From Verrucomicrobiia bacterium (GTDB lineage: Bacteria > Verrucomicrobiota > Verrucomicrobiia > Limisphaerales > Palsa-1400): 64,000 bases of DNA. Below the pieces are notes generated by a model that saw nothing but the letters and a program-made list of their open reading frames with translations, made no database searches and was not told the DNA's origin. The stretch covers positions 1,419-65,418 of the forward strand of contig DATAXU010000026.1 in assembly GCA_036272955.1 (NCBI GenBank). Reading direction: 5' to 3'. Made by a program: the position numbers and the translations under genes. Shown one piece after another: positions 7,466-15,094 of the stretch. Each line of letters starts with the position of its first letter. The stretch's first letter is position 1.

Positions 7466-10369
7466 ATGTTTTTCCCATATGCTGTCGAAAGCTCTATGAA
7501 CCGAGACGGATCCAACTCTAAACTAAAGGGGCCAAGCGGATTATTTTGGCTGTTGCTGCTGATTCTGGTGGGGTGTTATGCCGTTTTATGTTACCAGGGG
7601 TTCTTTCCATACGAGGTTTTCTTTGCCAATGATTCCGCGCTGGGCGCGATGAGAGACAGCTCGGCGCGTTATCCCGGAATTTTCACCGGATTTTGGGCGG
7701 ATTTTTGGTGGATTGGCGGCGCGGTGCCCGCCCCATCACCTTCGATTTCAGGCCTGTTTTCAGCGGCCCTTGCGCCCGAACACTACCTCAAAGTTTATGC
7801 GCCCCTGACGATGGTGTTTTTTGGGTGTTGCGCATGGTTTCTATTCCGCCAGTTGCGTTTTGCTCCGGTTGTATGCGTCGTGGGCGGGGTGGGCGCGGGA
7901 TTGAACATGCACTATTTCTCCAATGCCTGCTGGGGTCTGGGCACGTGGATCGTTTCCGCGGGCATGGTTTTCGTCGCCGTGGGAATCATCGTCAGTCCTT
8001 ACATCAGGAAACTGTGGCTCAAAGGCATATTGGCGGGATTGGCGGTCGGCATGACCATCATGGAGGGCTTTGACGTCGGGGCGATCTTCAGCATCTACGT
8101 TGGGATTTTTATCGTTTTCTATTTTCTTTCCTCGGAATCGGATTTCGCCAAAGGCGCCATGCGCGCGGTGGGCACGGAGGTGCTCGTCGTGATTTTTGCC
8201 GCTCTTATTTCCGCCAGCACACTCTACACCCTGGTGGGAACACAACTCGGCGGTGGCGGCGGTGCGGGCGGCGACCGTTGGGACTTCAATGTGCAATGGA
8301 GCATCCCAAAACTGGAATCGCTCCGCGTTTTCATCCCCGGCCTGTTCGGTTATCGCCTTCGGGAATTTACAACGTCTCCGGACAAATCCGGTTCATATTG
8401 GGGCAGCGTCGCCGAAGACCCCCGCATCGCGGAATTGCAAAGCAGCGATCCGCAAGTCCGCGTTCACGCGGCGCAGGCCATGGGCATGCCGCAAAATATT
8501 CAGGACATCTTTTCCGGCGACGATGTCAAGGTGCGCAACCAGATTATGCAACAAGTCAGGGATAGCGGCGTCCAATTGCGCCATACCGGCTCCGGCGAAT
8601 ACGCCGGCCTGCTGGTTTGCCTGCTGGCGGTCTTCGGCCTGGCAAATTCCATTCGCAAAACCGATTCCCCATACTCGCCCCAGGAGCGCCGGCAAATATG
8701 GTTCTGGACGATTGCGGGCGCAATATCGCTCATGGCCGCGTGGGGGCAGCACGGCTTCGTTTATCGGTTCTTCTATGACCTTCCATTTCTCACGGACATT
8801 CGCAGCCCGATGAAGTACATGCATCCGCTGAACCTTTCCCTGATCATTCTTTCCGGCTTCGGCCTCGAGGTGCTTTACCGCCGCTACCTAAGCGCGCCAA
8901 CTCCGAAGGGAAAGGGCTTTTTCTCGTTGATGTTGGCGGGACTGAAAAAGTTCTCCGCCTTTGACATCAAGTGGGTGATCGGATGCGCCATTGTGCTTGT
9001 CGTTTCCGTCGCCGCCTTTCTCATGATGAGGGGGTCGCGTGGCGAACTGATCCAATACCTCCATAGCGATGGATTCGGTCCGCAGATGGTCGATACCGCG
9101 CGCATGGAACTCGCGCCTCAGATTGCGGATTTCAGCATCAGCGAGGTCGGGGACTACGTCATTTACCTGGCGATCTCCGTCGGGTTGATCACGCTCATTC
9201 TCACCGGCGCCTTCACCGGGAAGAAGGCCGCAATTGCCTGGATCGGACTGTGCGTGATTACGATTTGCGACCTTGCGCGCGCGGACGCTCCGTGGATTCG
9301 CTATTTCAACTACAAAGCCAAATACGCCATGAACCCCGTCGTGGATGTCCTTCGCAAAAATCCCTGGGAACACCGCGTTACCTCCCGCTTTTCGCCGATG
9401 GGCGGATACGATCTGAGCACCGATCAAAATTTTGCCCCACTGTGCCATTGGTGGCTGGAAAATGATTTCCCCTATAACGACATCCAGTCTCTGGAAATCG
9501 ACCAGGCCCCCCGCATGCCGGCGCTCGACTCCAGCTACATCGGCACTTTTATGGCGCACTCCGGCGCCGATCTCTCCCCAGCCGCCCTTCAATGGGCCTC
9601 CACCCACCCGCGCGACAACCCGATTTGGAACTGGGTCGTGCAGTCAACGGCCGCCGCCCGCCTTTGGCAGTTGACCAACACACGCTACATCTTCGCCGAC
9701 GCCCAGTTGGCCGACGTGCTGAACCAGTTCGTCAATCCGCCGAATAGTTTCACGACGGTCCTGCGCATGGACATGACCAACAAGCCGGGGATCACATTGG
9801 CCGAAGACGCCGGTGACATGGCGGTCCGAACCAACGCGGAAGGCAAATTCGCGCTGATCGAATTCAAGAACGCCCTGCCGCGCGCCAAACTTTATTCCAG
9901 TTGGCAAATCAAGGACGATCCGGCGACGTTGCAAACCCTCTCATACCAGAGCTTCAACCCCCAGAAGACCGTTGTCATTTCGACCAACGTTCCAATCGCC
10001 GAAAAGTCCGGCTCGCCGGATGCCGATCCCGGCACGGTCGAAATCACGCATTACCAATCCAAGCATGTGCAACTTAAGGCCGATGCGAAGACGCCCGCCG
10101 TGCTGCTGGTGAACGACCGTACCAGCGAGTGGTGGAGGGCCTGGGTGGACGGCAAACAGGTTCCGATGCTGCGCGCCAACTATATCATGGAAGGCGTCTT
10201 CGTGCCCCCTGGCCGGCACTCGATTGATCTGCGCTTCCAACCGCCGCTGAAGTTTCTATACTTCAGCGTCGCCGCACTCCTGCTCGGGATCGTCCTGGGA
10301 GGATACGTGATTTACGACCACTTCAGCATCGAACCCCAAACAGAACCTTCGCCGTCGCGCCAGCCCTAA
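7466..10369 (+). CDS. Large polytopic membrane protein, YfhO-like (putative glycan/lipid-linked glycosyltransferase)
   Basis: 967 aa with many hydrophobic segments in the N-terminal two thirds. The C-terminal region ...WWRAWVDGKQVPMLRANYIMEGVFVPPGRHSIDLRFQPP plus a final TM resembles the YfhO family tail. Confidence 0.55.
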   Translation: MFFPYAVESSMNRDGSNSKLKGPSGLFWLLLLILVGCYAVLCYQGFFPYEVFFANDSALGAMRDSSARYPGIFTGFWADFWWIGGAVPAPSPSISGLFSAALAPEHYLKVYAPLTMVFFGCCAWFLFRQLRFAPVVCVVGGVGAGLNMHYFSNACWGLGTWIVSAGMVFVAVGIIVSPYIRKLWLKGILAGLAVGMTIMEGFDVGAIFSIYVGIFIVFYFLSSESDFAKGAMRAVGTEVLVVIFAALISASTLYTLVGTQLGGGGGAGGDRWDFNVQWSIPKLESLRVFIPGLFGYRLREFTTSPDKSGSYWGSVAEDPRIAELQSSDPQVRVHAAQAMGMPQNIQDIFSGDDVKVRNQIMQQVRDSGVQLRHTGSGEYAGLLVCLLAVFGLANSIRKTDSPYSPQERRQIWFWTIAGAISLMAAWGQHGFVYRFFYDLPFLTDIRSPMKYMHPLNLSLIILSGFGLEVLYRRYLSAPTPKGKGFFSLMLAGLKKFSAFDIKWVIGCAIVLVVSVAAFLMMRGSRGELIQYLHSDGFGPQMVDTARMELAPQIADFSISEVGDYVIYLAISVGLITLILTGAFTGKKAAIAWIGLCVITICDLARADAPWIRYFNYKAKYAMNPVVDVLRKNPWEHRVTSRFSPMGGYDLSTDQNFAPLCHWWLENDFPYNDIQSLEIDQAPRMPALDSSYIGTFMAHSGADLSPAALQWASTHPRDNPIWNWVVQSTAAARLWQLTNTRYIFADAQLADVLNQFVNPPNSFTTVLRMDMTNKPGITLAEDAGDMAVRTNAEGKFALIEFKNALPRAKLYSSWQIKDDPATLQTLSYQSFNPQKTVVISTNVPIAEKSGSPDADPGTVEITHYQSKHVQLKADAKTPAVLLVNDRTSEWWRAWVDGKQVPMLRANYIMEGVFVPPGRHSIDLRFQPPLKFLYFSVAALLLGIVLGGYVIYDHFSIEPQTEPSPSRQP

Positions 10370-10451
10370 CACCCCATTTACAAATATGGATGGGATGGCA
10401 GCCCACTCAAGCCGAAGCCGCCGTCAAATTTGAAGTTCTCGCTTTCCGATT

Positions 10452-10478
10452 CTTCGTGGCCTTCGTGGCCTTCGTGGT
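10452..10478. repeat. Three tandem copies of a 9-mer (CTTCGTGGC x2, CTTCGTGGT)
   Basis: Read directly in the convergent intergenic region between the 7466-10369 and 10507-10851 genes. Confidence 0.7.
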
Positions 10479-10506
10479 GTCAAGTTCGGACCCGGACGCC
10501 ACCTAA

Positions 10507-10851
10507 CTAATTATGCGACACGACCCGGGCGCGCAAACGAGATCGCGGCATGCGTCCCAATTTGAGTCCGGCGGAACCGCGCTTAGACCCGGCTTGTTTT
10601 GCCAGGATATAGCTTGGCGATTTTCGCAGCCGGCGCCGATATTTCAGTTTATGGCGCATTCTTTCGCGGGCGGCGATCGTGTGCTTCAGGCAGTACACGC
10701 CAACGGCGGGTGCTCCGCACGTCAAACAAATGCCGCGCGCTTTTTTGCGCATCATATGGATTTGCTGCCGGGACATGGGGGTGCCGTCGGCCTTGAGCAA
10801 TCCGGTAAATTCGTCGCTAATTTTCTTTCTGCTCCAGCTCTTTTTTTTCAT
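10507..10851 (-). CDS. Small highly basic protein with CxxC...CxxH zinc-ribbon-like motif (hypothetical)
   Basis: The ATG at 10851 (MKKKSWSRKK...) is preceded by GGGAGGAG about 10 nt upstream and by a perfect TATAAT (plus-strand attata at 10891-10896). The protein is Lys/Arg-rich and contains GICLTCGAPAVGVYCLKH. The opposite-strand ORF 10513-10962 looks like junk. Confidence 0.5.
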   Translation of the reverse strand: MKKKSWSRKKISDEFTGLLKADGTPMSRQQIHMMRKKARGICLTCGAPAVGVYCLKHTIAARERMRHKLKYRRRLRKSPSYILAKQAGSKRGSAGLKLGRMPRSRLRARVVSHN

Positions 10852-10968
10852 AGTTGTGTCTCTCCTCCCATCTTCGAAGTGGGTATTTGTATTATACACC
10901 AGTTTGAAAGAACCGCCAGAAAAAGTGTCAACTATTTCGGATTTATCTTGCAAAAAATATAACTGGGG

Positions 10969-11835
10969 TCAGGTCGCGGGTATAAACCGTTGCAACAGCA
11001 ACGCCAGCAGAAACAAAATCGGGAATATCGCCGTCCATGGCTTCCCGATTACCGCCACGCTCAGCAAATCTACTAATACGATTCCGGCCAGCAGCCGCGA
11101 CACTGTAAAACCAATATTCGCTCCGCGCCCAAAACTCCGGCTCACCGCCCACAGTCCCCAAAGCGCCAGCACGACCGAAAAAACCGTCGCGGCCCTCGCC
11201 GAAACGCCGTCATCGATGCATCCCGCCATGAAAATCGGCGCCACAAGCAGAATGCACGGCCAGTAATTGATCTTCGCGCGCCCGCTCTCCTTCCGGGCGA
11301 TCCAGCTCAAGCCCGCGACATAAACCGCCAGCGCAATGCCCTTCCAAATAACCTCGCCATTCACCCCATTGGACGCTGCGGACGCCGCCACGAGATAGAC
11401 TCCCAACCGGCACGCGCCCATCAAAAGCGGCGCAAACGGCGTCCATTTATGCACCGCATTGTAAGTCACGATGCACCCGCTCAATAGCAGCCCAAAAATG
11501 AGCACCGTCGAACCCCGCCACGCGACGCCCGCCAGCCCCAGAATCAGCCAGACACATCCCCACTGCCAAACTTCCCCTTCGCTGATCGCCCCTGAAGGGA
11601 TCGGCCGGGTCCGGCGATGATGCCGGTCGAAGGTCGCGTCAAAAGCGTCATTGAGAAACATTCCGCCCTCATAAAGCAAACTCAGCGAAATCGAAATACA
11701 GACCAACGTCCAAACAGCGCCGCCCCCCCCAAGCCACCACGCCGCCACGCAATCCGACCAGACAGTAGGCAAATTGGACACGCGCCCCAACGTCAGGAAA
11801 ACCCGCCATTTCGATGGCCGTGGAAACCAGTTCAT
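10969..11835 (-). CDS. UbiA-family aromatic prenyltransferase (EboC-like)
   Basis: 288 aa and polytopic. The first Asp-rich motif is NDAFDATFDRHHRRTRPIPSGAIS, typical of UbiA prenyltransferases. It is on the same strand as the TatD/EboE genes upstream. Confidence 0.8.
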   Translation of the reverse strand: MNWFPRPSKWRVFLTLGRVSNLPTVWSDCVAAWWLGGGGAVWTLVCISISLSLLYEGGMFLNDAFDATFDRHHRRTRPIPSGAISEGEVWQWGCVWLILGLAGVAWRGSTVLIFGLLLSGCIVTYNAVHKWTPFAPLLMGACRLGVYLVAASAASNGVNGEVIWKGIALAVYVAGLSWIARKESGRAKINYWPCILLVAPIFMAGCIDDGVSARAATVFSVVLALWGLWAVSRSFGRGANIGFTVSRLLAGIVLVDLLSVAVIGKPWTAIFPILFLLALLLQRFIPAT

Positions 11836-12227
11836 AGGCGGCCCAACCCCCAGGGCTGATTCATACTAGGCTGGAACTGGTTTTGAAACTCACGCATTCT
11901 GTACGCCACCTTTGAACCGCTTTAACCCGCAAATTAAATTATTTGGTCTCCACTTGATATAAAACGGCGGTTGCGAATTTGATGGGCAGTGTCCTAATTT
12001 GGATCGTCCAAATGCTTCCAAATTTTTACGATGACCCAAACGAATACAAATCCAAGCGATGCTCCGCCGAGGCAAATCCAAATCCAACGTAGCACTTCAT
12101 GTGTCATTTCTTCCCTTTCGCATCCTTCAAAATAATCGCCCCGTCTCCGCATTGCGAGTTTGAAATTGCCCAGCGGCATTGGGGGCGCTCGGAATTAAAC
12201 CGAGTGCCGTCTGGATGTACGTCGGCT

Positions 12228-12339
12228 TTTGGGGCCGTACTTAATCGTTTAACATTTGAAATTTCTCCTTGCATGTCTCGATCGGGTCTTGTCAATCAAT
12301 TTGTTGAATGTTAAAGTACGGCCCCAAATATTTTTTCTT
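12228..12339. other. Long imperfect inverted repeat (15-bp perfect outer stem + 7-bp inner stem, 50-nt loop) followed on the + strand by TATTTTTTCTT
   Basis: TTTGGGGCCGTACTT (12228-12242) pairs perfectly with AAGTACGGCCCCAAA (12314-12328). TAACATT (12250-12256) pairs with AATGTTA (12307-12313). The T-tract is at 12331-12336. The function (terminator, sRNA or miniature repeat element) is unresolved. Confidence 0.6.
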
Positions 12340-12584
12340 GTGCTCTGCACCGTGGAAACCCGTGACCGCGCGCATATCGCCGAGGTTCAACAACGGTTAG
12401 CAGAAAACAACGTAGAACTGTTCCGTGCAGAGAAATGAGTGTCTTTAACTGACTCAGTCCTGGCCCAGAGTGATTACCAAAAATAATTTCCGAACTGGCA
12501 GGAGACGGAATGGTTTTCGGAGAGGTACAGCCAGTTTGATTCTTTTTGCTCTTCGGGAGCTTCGTAGCATCCGCTGTGCGGTGC

Positions 12585-13793
12585 TTATCTCGTATTGTGC
12601 TGACTGCCTTCGTGGTAACCTTCCCGTTCACCCAACCCCCGCGACCGCAATTGCGCCACGCACCACTCATATTCCGCCGCAAGCTGATCCACGACGTTCC
12701 GGCTTTTCAATTCCGCCGGCAACACCTCCCAGGTATAAGTCTCCATCTCCAGGTGCGAACAAAGTCCAGGGTCCGCCGCCAGGACATCCAGCACCCCCAG
12801 CAAATGGTCCGCCGTAGTGTCAAACCAATTCCCCGGCCCGGGTTTAAATTGAAGCGGAATATGAAAGTGAATGCGCCATTCCTCGTCCTTCAACGACGCA
12901 GGTGAACCCAGCGCGACATCCAGATCGGGAAACCGGGTGAAGCCGCCCCCAGCCGCGCGAGCCACGACCTGGTGCAAATAAACCTCATCGGCAAAGGCAC
13001 CCACAGCCGCCCGGGCCTCCATCGTAGGCCGCATTTTCAACGCCGAACTAAGGTGAATTTTGGAGATTTTAATCCCGTGCCCGCGCAATTTCGCCAACGA
13101 CTCGCGCGGGTCTTCGTATTCGACCGCCATGTGACAGGTGTCATAATTGACGCCGAGGCACGACGCCATTTGCGGGTCATTCCCATGTTCCGAGCGCAGG
13201 AGATCAAAGAACTCCACCGTCTCATCCGTCGTCTCCAGCACGCAGAGCGGTTCCGGCTCCAACCCAAGATGCAGCGTGCGCCCGCTCTTTTCAGCGACGG
13301 CGGCGACATGCTCGACGCAACGCCAGATGTTGGAGCGGATTTGCCGCCCCTGTTCGGGCGTTTTGATAAAGTCCTTGAACGAGCAGGGCAGGGTGCTGAC
13401 GCTTCCTTCGACGCCCTCGGGGACCAATTGCGCCAACAAGTCGAACAGCCGGTTGGTATATTCGAGCCGCTCGGGCGTCGTCCAATCCGGCGAATAGACC
13501 TGTTCCTTGACCCGCTGCCCGTGAAATTTGCCGTAGGGAAACCCGTTGATAGTGAAGACGTAACAGTCATGCTGCGTGAGCCAGCGCCGAAAATCGGCCA
13601 GCGCCGCCCCCTCGGACAATTCCCGCGAGGCTCGGTCGCTCAACCTCAGCCCGATTCCGAAACTGCCGGAAGGCGAAACGCGCTGTTTTACCGCCAGCGT
13701 GTATTGTTCCAGGGCGCCGAACGTTTCCGGCCACGTCTCCCCGCGGTGGATATTTCCGCAGTAAGCAAGATGATGGCCTTTGGCGAGCAGCAT
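12585..13793 (-). CDS. eboE: Xylose-isomerase-like TIM-barrel protein, EboE-type ('metabolite traffic protein')
   Basis: 402 aa. The N-terminus HLAYCGNIHRGETWPETF...FGIGLRLS...YVFTINGFPYGKFHGQRVKEQVYSPDW...YTN matches my recollection of EboE sequences. It sits 4 nt downstream of a TatD hydrolase gene. Confidence 0.65.
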   Translation of the reverse strand: MLLAKGHHLAYCGNIHRGETWPETFGALEQYTLAVKQRVSPSGSFGIGLRLSDRASRELSEGAALADFRRWLTQHDCYVFTINGFPYGKFHGQRVKEQVYSPDWTTPERLEYTNRLFDLLAQLVPEGVEGSVSTLPCSFKDFIKTPEQGRQIRSNIWRCVEHVAAVAEKSGRTLHLGLEPEPLCVLETTDETVEFFDLLRSEHGNDPQMASCLGVNYDTCHMAVEYEDPRESLAKLRGHGIKISKIHLSSALKMRPTMEARAAVGAFADEVYLHQVVARAAGGGFTRFPDLDVALGSPASLKDEEWRIHFHIPLQFKPGPGNWFDTTADHLLGVLDVLAADPGLCSHLEMETYTWEVLPAELKSRNVVDQLAAEYEWCVAQLRSRGLGEREGYHEGSQHNTR

Positions 13794-13797
13794 CGGC

Positions 13798-14604
13798 TTA
13801 CACAGGGGCGCGGAATTTCTTTGACTGGCTCAGAAATCGCGCCGGATTTTCGAAAATCAGCGCCTCGATTTCCGCCGGAGCGTGCCCGCGCTGCCGCATT
13901 TCCAGCGCCGCTCGCGGAACCGCCAGAGGCACGCTCACCCCCCAATCGCACGCACTGTTCATCCAGAGCCGCTGATTCCCGTATAGTTCGACCATGTCCG
14001 CCGCCCGCGCCGCCGTGCATTTGGATTCCGGGTAAAGCGTCATCCCCGCCCAAAACCCCGCGTCCAGCACCAGCTTGATGGTGTGCTCCTCGACATGGTC
14101 GATAATCACACGCTCCGGGTTGATGCGGGAATCCGCCTTCAACGAATCAATGATAAGCTTTGTCCCCTTGAGCTTGTCCTCCAGGTGCGGTGTGTGAATG
14201 AGAATCAACTGCCCATGCCGCGCCGCCAGATCGACATGCCGCTCAAACACGGTTAACTCATTGCGGCTGTTCTTGTTCAATCCAATCTCCCCGATCCCCA
14301 GAACATTCGCCCGGTCCAGGAACTGGGGAATGATGTCCAGCACCTCGTTCGCCAGCTTGAGGTCCTCGGATTCCTTGGGATTGAGGCAAAGCCAGCAATA
14401 ATGAACCAGCCCGTGCCTGGCGGCCCGTTTCGGTTCGTATTCGGTCAATTGCCGGAAATAATCATAAAACCCATCGACCGACGTCCGGTCGAACCCCGCC
14501 CAAAAAGCCGGTTCGCAAACCGCCTGGCATCCTGCCGTTGCCAACGCGACGTAATCGTCGGTCGTCCGACTAACCATATGGGCATGAGGCTCGATATAAC
14601 GCAT
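13798..14604 (-). CDS. TatD-family metal-dependent hydrolase (EboB-like)
   Basis: 268 aa. It has [10 protein letters not shown] (N-terminal His-x-His metal site), GEIGLN and LILIHTPH, which are TatD/amidohydrolase-fold motifs. Confidence 0.8.
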   Translation of the reverse strand: MRYIEPHAHMVSRTTDDYVALATAGCQAVCEPAFWAGFDRTSVDGFYDYFRQLTEYEPKRAARHGLVHYCWLCLNPKESEDLKLANEVLDIIPQFLDRANVLGIGEIGLNKNSRNELTVFERHVDLAARHGQLILIHTPHLEDKLKGTKLIIDSLKADSRINPERVIIDHVEEHTIKLVLDAGFWAGMTLYPESKCTAARAADMVELYGNQRLWMNSACDWGVSVPLAVPRAALEMRQRGHAPAEIEALIFENPARFLSQSKKFRAPV

Positions 14605-14607
14605 GGC

Positions 14608-14883
14608 TTATTTGTGCCCCGCCCAGGCCCCCGACGCGCCGGACGTCGTCGCGGCGGCAATCGGCTCCAAAGTGGGGTCGCTCAGACTGACCAGGACGCG
14701 CTTAGCCCGCTCCGGCTTGTCGTGATGCAATTCTTTCAGGGCATTGCGGAAGGCATCGATACGGAAATCGCTGTCAGCGCCCTCAGCGCGGTCAAAGCGG
14801 TCAAGGAAAGCCGCGAGATCGATCAATTTGGCCCGAGCTTCCATGAAATACAGGTCGAGAACACGTTGGCGGGTCATGCGCAT
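14608..14883 (-). CDS. Hypothetical 91-aa protein at the head of the TatD/EboE operon
   Basis: The ATG ORF ends 3 nt before the TatD start codon. I recognise no motif. It occupies the position of eboA but is much shorter than the EboA proteins I remember. Confidence 0.4.
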   Translation of the reverse strand: MRMTRQRVLDLYFMEARAKLIDLAAFLDRFDRAEGADSDFRIDAFRNALKELHHDKPERAKRVLVSLSDPTLEPIAAATTSGASGAWAGHK

Positions 14884-15094
14884 AACCTTTCGAGTTTCTG
14901 CGAGGCTGGCCTTCGGGACAAGTTGAAAAACCGTACCGTTGTATTTTTAGACGCTTTTAAGCGATTTTTTCACTTCCGCCTTTCGGCAAGGAGTTTGCTT
15001 AAGACATGGCGATGTGTCATTTGTTCCCTTGTTCGCTGGATTTTGGCGCAGAAATGACCACAATGGACAAAAAGAACACGGGCCGCCTGTTTCA

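Noticed and set aside
10891-10931. TTGACA (10926-10931) plus TATAAT (10891-10896) on the minus strand as a complete sigma70 promoter
   Set aside because: The two hexamers are 29 bp apart, too far for a -35/-10 pair. Only the -10 element is retained as weak evidence.
10513-10962. 149-aa + strand ORF opposite the small basic zinc-ribbon gene
   Set aside because: It has no start-site signals, and its composition (His/Ala/Gly/Phe-rich) is not protein-like. The minus-strand ORF has SD, TATAAT and a CxxC...CxxH motif.
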